This document shows, in pieces, positions 10,025-19,129 of a stretch of DNA of 42,721 nt; within the stretch, counting starts at the first letter, position 1, and each line of letters begins with the position of its first letter. Made by a program: the position numbers and the translations under genes. This stretch comes from Actinomycetota bacterium (GTDB lineage Bacteria; Actinomycetota; Actinomycetes; JAKEEW01). Below the pieces are notes generated by a model, which was given only the letters and a program-made list of their open reading frames with translations, ran no database searches and was not told the DNA's origin. Location of the stretch: NCBI GenBank assembly GCA_046725875.1, contig JBKOZJ010000013.1, positions 1 through 42,721 on the forward strand, in the 5' to 3' direction.

Positions 10025-11553
10025 GCGTCCCTGCTCCTTAGCAGCCAGTACGCGACCGCGAGCGTGACCGCGGCGTAGGCGCACAGAACGCCCAAGCCCG
10101 CCCATGGGCCAATGACGCTGCCGGGGAGGTCCATCGTCTGCTGAATCGCGAGGCCGGCGATCGGTGTAACACGGTTGAGCCACAAATCGGCGCTCGTACC
10201 GGATCCGGGCTCGGTGTCCTCCGACAAGACGGACGTAACGATCTGGGCGACCACGACGAGTGCCACGACGATGACGATCGCGCTGGCCGTGCGGCGGACA
10301 ATCGCGCCGACGCCGAGACTGAACAACCCGATCAGCGCCAAGAACAATGCCGTCCCGACGACCGCGCGCAGCACGGGTCCGTCGGTCAGTGACGGACGTG
10401 GATACGCCGGAGGCGCGTAGCCGTTGTCCCGGGCGACGGGCAGTGCGAAAAGGAACGCCGCGAGGCTCGCGATGAGGCCGACGACGAAGACGGTAACGCC
10501 GAGGACAACCGCCTTTGCTGCCAGCATTTGACCCCGCCGGGGACTAGCGGCGAACGTCGTCCGGACGATGCCGGTCTTGTATTCGGCCGTCATGACCAGC
10601 ACACCGAGCGCGATGACCACGACGACACCGATCTGGACACCGACGAGGGTGAGCCTGACCAGGTCGTCGAGCGGCGTCAGTTTGATGCCTCCGATGCCGA
10701 TCCGCCCGAGGTTGCCGACGCCGGTTACCGTGAAGACGCCGTCAGCCTCGGTTGCGCTGCCGCGCCCGCCCTGGCTGGGCTGAAGACCGCCGCCAGATTT
10801 GGCCGGACTCGGAGCCACATCCTGGTTCCTCCATCCCCCGGGGAGAACGTCTTGCTGCCGGGATGAGCCGGACGACTGTCCGGACGCGCCATCGACGCTC
10901 ACGTGGTCGAACGTGGCCTGACCGGCCTTAGAGGTCCATGTACCCCTAACGCTGCCAGGCCCGACCTGGGTGAGATGTTCGGTGTCGGGCGATGCCACGA
11001 ACATGCCGACCTCGACCGTCTGTGGTAGCCCGCTGAGGTTGACGGTGCCAATCCGGTTCCAGGTGGCTCCGTCGGCTGACTCGTACCCCGTGATCGAGTC
11101 GCCCGAGCGGGTCAATTTGAGCCAGCGTGGCGCGCCGCCGGCGCTGCCGGTGAGCTCCGTCTCGAAGTCAGCCTGCATTCGAACGCCGTGCCGCGGGGTG
11201 ACCATCAGCGCCGTGTACGGCGACCCGCTCGTGGTGTCCCGCTTGATCATGATGCCGGCCTTGGCCCACTCATTGGTGTTCTGCTGCGTGGACACCCGGG
11301 CGACGATGGTGCCGTCGCCGCTGAGCGACCGGTAAACGAACTGGAACTGGTCGATCGTGTGCGGGCCGTCATTGATGGAGGTGCTGCTTCCGGCCGCTGC
11401 GAGCACGGAGATCAGGACTGTAAGGGCGATGGTGGCGACCCCGGCCCAGACCGTGCTTCGCACCGATCTGAGCTTCGTCCACTCGCCACGCAGTGCCGAG
11501 CCGAAGCCGCCGCCTGTGGTAGTTACCGCGGGACGGTGGACCGTCGTTGTCAT
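10021..11553 (-). CDS. ABC transporter permease with a large inserted beta-sandwich (ConA/DUF1349-like) extracytoplasmic domain
   Basis: LRGEWTKLRSVRST, TM1, then a long soluble insert (FVYRSLSGDGTIVARV, WAKAGIMIK, WLKLTRSGDSITGYESADGATW), then TAEYKTGIVRTTFAASPRR and further TMs. Confidence 0.85.
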   Translation of the reverse strand: MTTTVHRPAVTTTGGGFGSALRGEWTKLRSVRSTVWAGVATIALTVLISVLAAAGSSTSINDGPHTIDQFQFVYRSLSGDGTIVARVSTQQNTNEWAKAGIMIKRDTTSGSPYTALMVTPRHGVRMQADFETELTGSAGGAPRWLKLTRSGDSITGYESADGATWNRIGTVNLSGLPQTVEVGMFVASPDTEHLTQVGPGSVRGTWTSKAGQATFDHVSVDGASGQSSGSSRQQDVLPGGWRNQDVAPSPAKSGGGLQPSQGGRGSATEADGVFTVTGVGNLGRIGIGGIKLTPLDDLVRLTLVGVQIGVVVVIALGVLVMTAEYKTGIVRTTFAASPRRGQMLAAKAVVLGVTVFVVGLIASLAAFLFALPVARDNGYAPPAYPRPSLTDGPVLRAVVGTALFLALIGLFSLGVGAIVRRTASAIVIVVALVVVAQIVTSVLSEDTEPGSGTSADLWLNRVTPIAGLAIQQTMDLPGSVIGPWAGLGVLCAYAAVTLAVAYWLLRSRDA

Positions 11554-12491
11554 GACGCCTCTATCGCCTCGGGCGGGCGCGCATGCGCGTGGAAGTCGAC
11601 CGCGTCTCGGGTGAGCTCCATGTACGCCTCCTCGAGCGACGCGCGATGCTGGGAGACCTCCGAGAACGGCAGACCAGCATCGGTGAGCAGCGCCACGATC
11701 CGCTGGGCGGGCAGTCCGGTGACGGTGACCGCCTCGCGATCGATCGCGGCCACAACCGCACCGGCGTTTGCCAGCATGGTCATCGCGTCCGGGCGGTTGG
11801 ACGTACGCAGCACGACCCGATCGCCGGACGCGGCGGCGAGCAGGTCCGCAACGCTGACATCGGCGACGAGCCGGCCGCGGCCGATGACGATCAGGTGGTC
11901 GGCGGTGTCTTGCAGCTCGCTCATCAGGTGGCTGGATACGAAAACGGAGCGCCCCTCCGCGGCCAACGATCTGAGGAGACCGCGTATCCACAAAATGCCC
12001 TCGGGGTCGAGGCCGTTGACCGGCTCGTCGAACATAAGCACGGGTGGGTCGCCGAGCAGCGCACCCGCGATTCCGAGCCGCTGCCGCATGCCCAGCGAGA
12101 AGCCGCCGGCCCGCCGCCGCGCCACTGTGGACAGACCGACCTGCTCGAGCACCTCATCTACCCGCTGCCGAGGCAGTCCGTTGTAATGCGCCATCCACAG
12201 CAGGTGGTCCCGCGCGCGGCGGCCCGGGTGGATCGCCCCCGCGTCCAGCAGCGCGCCGAGCTCGCACAGCGGGGTCCGCAGAGCGTGGTAGGGCTTGCCG
12301 CCGACGAGCGCAGTGCCCGCATCCGGAGCATCCAGTCCGAGGATCATGCGCATGGTGGTGGACTTGCCAGCCCCGTTGGGCCCGACGAAGCCGGTGACTT
12401 TGCCTGGAGCGACGGTGAACGATAGGTCGTCCACCGCTACCGTCCGCCCGTACCGCTTGTTCAGGCCGGCTGCCTCGATGGTCGCCTCCAT
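11550..12491 (-). CDS. ABC transporter ATP-binding protein
   Basis: GPNGAGKST, FSLGMRQRLG, LMFDEP and SSH motifs. Confidence 0.95.
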   Translation of the reverse strand: MEATIEAAGLNKRYGRTVAVDDLSFTVAPGKVTGFVGPNGAGKSTTMRMILGLDAPDAGTALVGGKPYHALRTPLCELGALLDAGAIHPGRRARDHLLWMAHYNGLPRQRVDEVLEQVGLSTVARRRAGGFSLGMRQRLGIAGALLGDPPVLMFDEPVNGLDPEGILWIRGLLRSLAAEGRSVFVSSHLMSELQDTADHLIVIGRGRLVADVSVADLLAAASGDRVVLRTSNRPDAMTMLANAGAVVAAIDREAVTVTGLPAQRIVALLTDAGLPFSEVSQHRASLEEAYMELTRDAVDFHAHARPPEAIEAS

Positions 12492-12579
12492 GTCGAGGAG
12501 GCTAGGAGATCGAGCGGGTGGCGGTCGTCCCGCCTGATGGCCGTCTTGGGATGCCCCGGTGAGGGTGACGGTGCGTCCC

Positions 12580-12603
12580 CGCATCCCTCTCGCGGGGGAT
12601 GCG
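12580..12603. promoter_or_regulatory. Inverted repeat CGCATCCC-N8-GGGATGCG, candidate response-regulator site
   Basis: Perfect 8-bp arms in the divergent intergenic region between the ABC operon and the two-component genes. Confidence 0.5.
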
Positions 12604-12649
12604 CGGGCGCTGATGTTGGGTGACGCCACGCGGCGCAGCCTGCCGGACA

Positions 12650-13852
12650 ATGGCGTACGTGAGCCGGGCAAGCCCACTCATCGAAAGGGCGGTCGCGGTC
12701 GGCCGGCGGATGGCCGCGGCGCCGGACTTTCCAGCGGCTGCCGGCGCGCTGCTCGGCCTGCTCGCGTTGGTCGAGACCGTGCTGCGACCCGACGGTGCGG
12801 GAACCGACCGGCCCACGTCGGAGATGTCTACCGCCCTGCTGCTGGCGCTGGGCACGACGACGCCGTTGGCCGTCGCGCGGACCCATGAGCTGGCTGCGGC
12901 CGTAACGGTTACCACGGCGACCTTTCTGACCCTCGGCAGCGACGGCCAACCGACCGTTGCCGGCGTGGTGGCGCAGCTGGTGGTCCTCTACCTCGTGGGA
13001 CTCCGGCGTTCCCGGCAGGTCTCACTCCTGATGTTGTTGCCGTTCCTCCTGAATGCGATTGCGCCGTTCGGCGACGCCGTTGGCGGCACCGCCTTCGGGG
13101 TTGGGTTGCTGCTGGCCGCGTTTGCCGTGCTGGCAGCGGGCAGTCTCCGGCGGTACCGCAGCGAGGTGACCGAGCGCGCGGCGTCCGGGCGAGCCGCGAC
13201 GGACACCCTCCTCGAGCATGCCGCGCGCGGCGAGCGCGCGCGCATCGCCCGCGAGCTACACGACGTGGTCGCCCACCACATTTCCATGATCGCTGTGCAA
13301 GCCGAAACCGCCCGGCTCACCACGCCGGGCATGCCGCCCGCTGGAAGCAAGCGGCTGGTCGCCATTGGTGACACGGCCCGGCAAGCGCTCACCGAGATGC
13401 GCCGGCTGCTCGGCGTGCTCCGGGAGGACGCCGGAACGGAGACCACGCGTGCGCCGCAACCGGGACTAGTACAGCTCAATGAGCTGGTCGACGAGGCGCG
13501 GGACTCCTCCGGCGCCAGCACTCGTCTGATCGTGCATGGCCGGGTGGTCTCGCTTGACCCGGGCATCGAGCTGACTGCCTACCGCATTGTCCAAGAGGCG
13601 CTGACCAACGCCCGGCGGCATGCACCTGGCGCCGCCGTCGACGTCGACGTCGACTACGCCGACGGGACGCTACGCCTGCGCATCCGCGACAACGGTCCGG
13701 GCGAGGCCGGCGACGCACCCGCCACCGGTCACGGCCTACTGGGTATGCAAGAACGGGCGGCCATGGTGGGCGGCAAATTGTCAACCGGTCCGGCACCGGG
13801 CGGCGGCTTTCTTGTTGAGGCCGTGCTGCCCACGGACGGTGCCGCCGAATGA
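12650..13852 (+). CDS. Membrane sensor histidine kinase (HisKA_3 type)
   Basis: N-terminal TMs, ERARIARELHDVVAHHIS, YRIVQEALTNARRHA, DNG and GHGLLGMQER. Confidence 0.93.
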   Translation: MAYVSRASPLIERAVAVGRRMAAAPDFPAAAGALLGLLALVETVLRPDGAGTDRPTSEMSTALLLALGTTTPLAVARTHELAAAVTVTTATFLTLGSDGQPTVAGVVAQLVVLYLVGLRRSRQVSLLMLLPFLLNAIAPFGDAVGGTAFGVGLLLAAFAVLAAGSLRRYRSEVTERAASGRAATDTLLEHAARGERARIARELHDVVAHHISMIAVQAETARLTTPGMPPAGSKRLVAIGDTARQALTEMRRLLGVLREDAGTETTRAPQPGLVQLNELVDEARDSSGASTRLIVHGRVVSLDPGIELTAYRIVQEALTNARRHAPGAAVDVDVDYADGTLRLRIRDNGPGEAGDAPATGHGLLGMQERAAMVGGKLSTGPAPGGGFLVEAVLPTDGAAE

Positions 13853-14532
13853 GCTCACCACCACAGATACGCATCGTGGTCGTCGACGATCAGGCGGTGG
13901 TGCGCGCCGGGTTCGGATCGTTGCTGGATACGCAGCCGGATTTCGCGGTGGTCGGCAGTGCGGCCGACGGGGCCGATGCGATCCGGGTCTGCCGTGAGCA
14001 ACGACCCGACTTGGTGCTGATGGACGTCCGGATGCCGATCATGGATGGCATCGAGGCGACCCGGCAGATCGTGGCCGAAGCCGGAGGTGGTGGCCCACGG
14101 ATCATCATCCTCACGACTTTCGACCTGGACGAGCATGTGTACGACGCGCTCGGCGCGGGCGCCAGTGGCTTCCTCCTGAAAGAGGTGACGGCCGAGCGGC
14201 TCTTCGACGCCGTACGCGTGGTCGCGGCCGGCGAGGCGCTGCTGGCGCCGACGATCACGCGCAGGCTCATCGGAGAGTTCGTACGCCTGCGGCCTCCCGG
14301 GAGGCACCGTCCGGCACCACTGGAGGCACTCACCCCGCGAGAGATTGAGGTGCTCAAGCTGATCGCAGATGGACTATCGAACACGGAGATCGCTGACCGC
14401 CTTGTCGTCAGCGCGGAGACCGTCAAAACCCACGTGAGCCGCGTACTCAGCAAGCTCGGCCTGCGCGATCGAGCCCAAGCGGTCGTGGCTGCCTACGAGT
14501 CGGGACTGGTCGTCCCCCGCGCCGGCCACTAA
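13849..14532 (+). CDS. NarL/LuxR-family response regulator
   Basis: VVVDDQ, LMDVRMP, LTTFD, GFLLK and LTPRE...GLSNTEIA...TVKTHV. Confidence 0.95.
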   Translation: MSSPPQIRIVVVDDQAVVRAGFGSLLDTQPDFAVVGSAADGADAIRVCREQRPDLVLMDVRMPIMDGIEATRQIVAEAGGGGPRIIILTTFDLDEHVYDALGAGASGFLLKEVTAERLFDAVRVVAAGEALLAPTITRRLIGEFVRLRPPGRHRPAPLEALTPREIEVLKLIADGLSNTEIADRLVVSAETVKTHVSRVLSKLGLRDRAQAVVAAYESGLVVPRAGH

Positions 14533-14612
14533 CCCGCTGGCCGGCATGATCGTGGTGGACCCCACCAATCAGTACGGACCAGGTGGTGTCCGCCGCCACG
14601 TTGCGAGTGTCG

Positions 14613-14765
14613 TCACCTGCCCGCCGCGTCGGCGGTCCGGGCCGCACGTGCGAGCGCCTTGGCTCGACGGATATCCCGGTCTCGCAAATCGAGTGGAAGA
14701 AGCTCGTCCCAGTCCCAGGCGGGCTCGCGCCGCGGCTTGGGCTTCTCGATCTGGCTGCGTTTCAT
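14613..14765 (-). CDS. Small 50-aa hypothetical protein
   Basis: MKRSQIEKPKPRREPAWDWDELLPLDLRDRDIRRAKALARAARTADAAGR with SD-like AGGGGA just before the ATG. Confidence 0.5.
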   Translation of the reverse strand: MKRSQIEKPKPRREPAWDWDELLPLDLRDRDIRRAKALARAARTADAAGR

Positions 14766-15114
14766 GTCATCCCCTAAGCCAGTCGCCTCCGCCGTCCCCC
14801 CGAAGCCCGGGGAGCCCGTCCGCATCTCCCAATCGGTAACGATGCGGGCGCGTATCGGCTGTGGAACCTCTAGCTGTGAGGATCGACCGCCTGTCTGAGC
14901 GGCCGCCAAGGCTGCCCTAAGAAGGTGATGAGAATTGACCGGCGCTTCGCGCTCGGTGGCGCCGCGTACGCTGGGCTGCCTCCTAGCGAGGAGGTGCGGG
15001 TCGTCGGCATGGGCTACCTGACGCAGCTCTCCGGCACCGCGACCTTCGCGAACAGGTGTGGAGCGGGCGCCGGCAACTCCCAGCTGAGTCGATATCCTGA
15101 TCAAGGAGGTAGGC

Positions 15115-15525
15115 ATGGAGACCTTGACCGCTGGAGAGGCTGCTGCTCTCGCGCGCTCCATGCTGAAGGGCGATGTGGACGATCTACGTGGCGTCTGGCG
15201 ATTCGTGATCGTGCAGCTCCTCGACGACTACAGCTCCGTGAAGCGCTTTAGGGGCCTTGCCGCCGCAGCCGATCTGTTCCGGGAGCCTCCCGGCGCGATG
15301 GGTGATAGCAGGGTAGATGCTGCCTTGGCCGCCCTTGCCGAGCATCTTGCGCGCCGGGACGGCTGGCCGACCCCGCTGTGGGCGGCCAGGCATCTTGGTC
15401 CGGCGATCCCGTGGTGGTTTGTCTCCGAGCTCGAGTCCCTGCAGGCGATGGCAATCCAGCAGTCGCCGCTGTCGTTTCGTAAACGAGGCGTGTTTATCGT
15501 GCACGGCGCGCTGGACCGCGTATGA
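15115..15525 (+). CDS. Hypothetical protein, putative antitoxin partner of the downstream nucleotidyltransferase
   Basis: Strong SD AAGGAGGT. Motifs GDSRVDAALAALAEHLA..DG..P.W and SPLSFRKRGVFI. ATGA overlap with the next gene. Confidence 0.75.
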   Translation: METLTAGEAAALARSMLKGDVDDLRGVWRFVIVQLLDDYSSVKRFRGLAAAADLFREPPGAMGDSRVDAALAALAEHLARRDGWPTPLWAARHLGPAIPWWFVSELESLQAMAIQQSPLSFRKRGVFIVHGALDRV

Positions 15526-16064
15526 AGGGCTCACTCGACGGCGAGACCTTGCGCGCAATGCTCACCGAACTCGCCGACGAGCTAAGAACTCGCGGCGTCA
15601 CCGGTGAGCTGTTCGTCGTCGGCGGGGCCGCGATGGTTCTTGCATACGACGCCCAACGGGCAACCCGTGACGTCGATGCGGTCTTCGAGCCGAAGCAGAG
15701 CGTGTACGAAGCAGCGGCTGAGGTTGCGAGGCGACGCGACTTGCCACCCGACTGGCTGAACGACGCTGTAAAGGCATTCATGCACGGTGACGATCCCGGC
15801 GCCGTCCAATACCTGGAGCTTCCGGGCCTCCGGGTCGACGTCGCCTCGCCGGAATACCTCCTTGCGATGAAGATCTTCGCGGCCCGAGCGGAGCTCGACG
15901 TCGAGGACATCCGGCGCCTGTACGAGCTATGCGGCTTCACGACCGCCCGCGAAGGATTGGACTTGGTCCAGCGCGAGTACCCGGGTCGGCCCATCCCGCC
16001 GAAGGTGCAGTTCATGCTGGAAGAGCTATTCCCGGATGCCTCGCGGGGTCACCAGGTGGAATAG
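15522..16064 (+). CDS. Nucleotidyltransferase-fold protein (DUF6036/AbiEii-like), putative toxin
   Basis: VVGGAAMVLAY...RATRDVDA (GG...DxD motif), WLND and SPEYLLAMKIFAAR...EDI. Confidence 0.8.
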   Translation: MKGSLDGETLRAMLTELADELRTRGVTGELFVVGGAAMVLAYDAQRATRDVDAVFEPKQSVYEAAAEVARRRDLPPDWLNDAVKAFMHGDDPGAVQYLELPGLRVDVASPEYLLAMKIFAARAELDVEDIRRLYELCGFTTAREGLDLVQREYPGRPIPPKVQFMLEELFPDASRGHQVE

Positions 16065-16261
16065 CCTCGGCGCTGCGGCGCGCGTCGGGCCAGGTTCCCT
16101 CCTGGTGGCACGCTCCCGACTACACCAGACCCGACGTTTCCTGGCCGTTAGCAAGAACGGTGACGCGGAACGTCACCATCAGGCGGCATCGATCGCGTCT
16201 CGATGAGCAGGCTCGTCGAGGCGGCCATAGTGGTCGCCGGTTAACGCACTGAGAGATTCAC

Positions 16262-16828
16262 TCAGCTTGGGCGCAGCGCCATCCAGAAGGCTTTGGCCGG
16301 CCGGGCCGACGGGTTGGACCACCGATGCGGGCGGTCGGTTCGAAAGTGGAGCGAATCGCCGGCTGACAGCACGTACGTCTCGCCGTCCACGTCGAACTCG
16401 AGGGTCCCGCTCAGAACGTGCACGAGCTCCTCGCCCGAGTGCTCCATCGGCCGTGGGCCGCTGTCCGCGTGAGGTTCGACGGTCGCAGCAGCACCCGCGA
16501 TGAAGAACCGGCCATAAGGACCGCTGATGCTCTCCAGCGTGAGACCCTGCTTCGACGTGTAGACCGGCTTGCGGTCGCTCTTCCGTACTAGCGCGACGGC
16601 GCTGTCGATCTCGCCGTCTTCATCCACGAAGTATGAGACGGGTCGGTTGAGGGACGCCGCGAGTTTGATCAGTGTCGTGATCGTCGGGACCATACCGTTC
16701 CGCTCGACCTTGTGAATCGCGGCAGCCGATACGCCCGAGCGCTCCGCGAGCTGCTGCAGGGACAAGCCCTTCTGCAGGCGGAGACGGCGGACCTTCGGCC
16801 CGATCGATTCGACGATCTCGTCGAGCAT
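16262..16828 (-). CDS. XRE-family HTH plus cupin transcriptional regulator
   Basis: IGPKVRRLRLQKGLSLQQLAERSGVS...KVERNGMVPTITTL HTH, and HSGEE..HVLSG...GDSLHF...PHRW cupin. Confidence 0.93.
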   Translation of the reverse strand: MLDEIVESIGPKVRRLRLQKGLSLQQLAERSGVSAAAIHKVERNGMVPTITTLIKLAASLNRPVSYFVDEDGEIDSAVALVRKSDRKPVYTSKQGLTLESISGPYGRFFIAGAAATVEPHADSGPRPMEHSGEELVHVLSGTLEFDVDGETYVLSAGDSLHFRTDRPHRWSNPSARPAKAFWMALRPS

Positions 16829-16884
16829 TGGTCCCCCTAAGGACGCTTCTGTGCGGGCCCAACCTGCGGCTAGTATAAGCGATG

Positions 16885-16908
16885 GTCCGTTTCCTATCGG
16901 AAACGGAC
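16885..16908. promoter_or_regulatory. Perfect palindrome GTCCGTTTCC-TATC-GGAAACGGAC, candidate operator of the XRE-cupin regulator
   Basis: 10-bp perfect arms between the divergent regulator and flavoprotein genes, next to a -10-like TAGTAT. Degenerate copies at 22758-22777 and 27023-27042. Confidence 0.7.
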
Positions 16909-16943
16909 GCCTGGTAGCGCCGACCGGGATAGGGGGTCGCCCC

Positions 16944-18287
16944 GTGCCACCTCGCGTGATCGTAGTTGGCGGCGGTGCCGGCGGGATCGGCGCCGCCGGA
17001 GGTGCGAAGCAGGCCACGCCTCAGGCATCGGTCACGGTCTTCACGGAGTTCGAGGACGTCGCCTACAGCCCGTGCGGGATCCCGTACGTCCATGGCCGGG
17101 AGATCGACGACTTCACCAGGCTGTTCCTGGCCGACAAAGAGACATACGTCCAGGCCGGCATCGACATCCACTATCAGACCCGGGTCGTGGCGCTCGACCT
17201 TGACGGGCAGACGGTTCACGTGCAAGCCGACGACGGTGGGCAAGAGGTTCCGTACGACCGGCTTGTCCTGGCCACCGGCTTCGACTATGCGAGCCCTGGC
17301 GTACCCGGGAGTGACCTAGACGGCCTCTACTACGTCAAGAACATCCGACGGGCGATGGAGTGGGACAAGGTCCTGGATTCGGTCTCCCGCGCGGTCGTCG
17401 TCGAGGCCACCCCGCTCGGCCTGGAGATGACCACCGCGCTCGCCCATCGCGGGATGGAAACTCACCTGATCGATCCGCGCCCGTGGCCGCTCGCCGACGT
17501 CGCCGACCCCGACGTCATGGCGCCGGTCGAGGAGTCGTGGGCCGAGCTTGGAGTGATCACACATCTGAATACGAAGCTTGTCGGGTTCATCGGCGATCGC
17601 CAGGTCGAGGCCGTCGCCACCTCGGACGGCGATTTGCCGTGCGAGCTCGCGGTCATTTGTACACACAAGCAGCCACAAAATGAGCTAGCCCGCGCGGCTG
17701 GACTCGACATCGGATCCACGGGCGGGCTGGTGGTCGACGAGCGGATGGAGACATCGCGCGGCGGGGTTTTCGCCGCCGGGGACTGCGTCGAGCTACCCCA
17801 CGGCGTCACCTGGGTGCCGGTCCAAGGCCTCTCGGGAAGTCACGCGTATGCCCAGGGCAAGGTAGCCGGCGGGAACGCCGCCGGCGGCGACCGGCGGTAC
17901 GTGCCCGTCTACGTGCCGTGGGCCATGGTCGCGGGCAAGTGGATGATCGGCGGCGTCTCCTTCGGCGAGACCCTCGCCACGGCGCTCGGCATCCCGTACG
18001 TGGTTGGGGTCGCCGACGGGATTTCCCGCGCCCGCTACTACCCGGGAGTACGCAAGACACATGTGAAGCTGCTCGCCGAACCGGGGACCCTACGGCTCAT
18101 CGGCGCGCAGATGGTCGGCGGTGAGGGCATCAAGGAGCGGGCTGACTTCCTCGCGATGGCCGTCCGAACGGGCATCACGCTGGAGGACCTCGCCTGGATG
18201 GAGAATGTGTACTCGCCGCCGATCGGCGCGCTTAACGAGCCGATCGCGTTGGCCGCCCAGAACGCACTTAGCCAGTTGCAATCATGA
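16944..18287 (+). CDS. FAD-dependent pyridine nucleotide-disulfide oxidoreductase, CoA-disulfide reductase/NADH oxidase family
   Basis: VIVVGGGAGG, AYSPCGIPY (single redox Cys), LVLATG, VFAAGDC, LIGAQMVG and YSPP. Confidence 0.88.
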   Translation: MPPRVIVVGGGAGGIGAAGGAKQATPQASVTVFTEFEDVAYSPCGIPYVHGREIDDFTRLFLADKETYVQAGIDIHYQTRVVALDLDGQTVHVQADDGGQEVPYDRLVLATGFDYASPGVPGSDLDGLYYVKNIRRAMEWDKVLDSVSRAVVVEATPLGLEMTTALAHRGMETHLIDPRPWPLADVADPDVMAPVEESWAELGVITHLNTKLVGFIGDRQVEAVATSDGDLPCELAVICTHKQPQNELARAAGLDIGSTGGLVVDERMETSRGGVFAAGDCVELPHGVTWVPVQGLSGSHAYAQGKVAGGNAAGGDRRYVPVYVPWAMVAGKWMIGGVSFGETLATALGIPYVVGVADGISRARYYPGVRKTHVKLLAEPGTLRLIGAQMVGGEGIKERADFLAMAVRTGITLEDLAWMENVYSPPIGALNEPIALAAQNALSQLQS

Positions 18288-18598
18288 CAGCCAGAACCAC
18301 CGCCAACACCTCGACGCGCCGGCCGGTGCACCGGGTCAACCTCCGGATGGCCGGGTGGCTTCGGCGTAACTCCGAGCGGTATCTCCTCGAGGCCGCCCAG
18401 GGCGAACTCGCGCGACAGGTCGGACGCTCGCCGCCGGTGCGAGTGACGGGCCCGGCGGCGCTGTTCTGGCGGCGCGTCTTCGTCCCCGTCTACCGTCGCC
18501 TGCCGTGGTCGGTCCGACGCCGCGTCATGTCGCGGATGCCGGGTAGCCATCGGCGGGCGTGGCGACCTGCCCCTGACCGTCGCGATCCCGCAGTGTGA
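18284..18598 (+). CDS. Small basic hypothetical protein
   Basis: Overlaps the upstream stop (ATGA) and the downstream ORF (GTGA), so it appears translationally coupled. Contains FWRRVFVPVYRRLPW. Confidence 0.7.
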   Translation: MTARTTANTSTRRPVHRVNLRMAGWLRRNSERYLLEAAQGELARQVGRSPPVRVTGPAALFWRRVFVPVYRRLPWSVRRRVMSRMPGSHRRAWRPAPDRRDPAV

Positions 18599-18624
18599 CT
18601 CATCCAGACAGGAGTGACCAAGCG

Positions 18625-19116
18625 ATGCCAGAGCCGACCGTAAGCATGGAGCGTCCCGCGGAGGGCGCCTACCTCTACAACACCGAAGCGAAGGAGTTCG
18701 AGGACATCCAGGCGAATCCTGGGGAGAAGGCGTTTGTCTTCATTCATACAGTGCCGTACGAGGGATCGGTGGCGCTGGTCAACCTCCTCACGGCGACCCG
18801 GCTGCGTCGTAAAGGGTTCGACGTGCACATCGTGCTCTACGGGCCCGGCGTACTCCTCGCATCGGGCACCCGCGGCTACCCAGCGGTAGGCCAAGAGGCG
18901 TTCCCGGGTCACCTCGCCATCAACAATCAGATCAAGACGCTGCTGAAGGAAGGCGCACACGTCTACGCCTGCCGGTTCGCGATGGGTGCGCTCTACGGCT
19001 TCCGCGAAAGCGACCTGCTCGAGGGCGTCACGGCCTTCAACCCGCTGGATGTGCTCGACGCGGCACTGACCGCGTGGCGCGAGGGCGCGTTCCAGCTGAA
19101 CACCTGGACTGTTTGA
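18625..19116 (+). CDS. MSMEG_0572/Sll0783 (NitB-like, DsrE-fold) family protein; alternative GTG start at 18595
   Basis: FEDIQANPGEKAFVFIHTVPYEGSVALVNLLTATRLRRKGF, LYGPGV, YACRFAMGALYG and C-terminal WTV. Confidence 0.88.
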   Translation: MPEPTVSMERPAEGAYLYNTEAKEFEDIQANPGEKAFVFIHTVPYEGSVALVNLLTATRLRRKGFDVHIVLYGPGVLLASGTRGYPAVGQEAFPGHLAINNQIKTLLKEGAHVYACRFAMGALYGFRESDLLEGVTAFNPLDVLDAALTAWREGAFQLNTWTV

Positions 19117-19129
19117 GCCGACTGACCGG

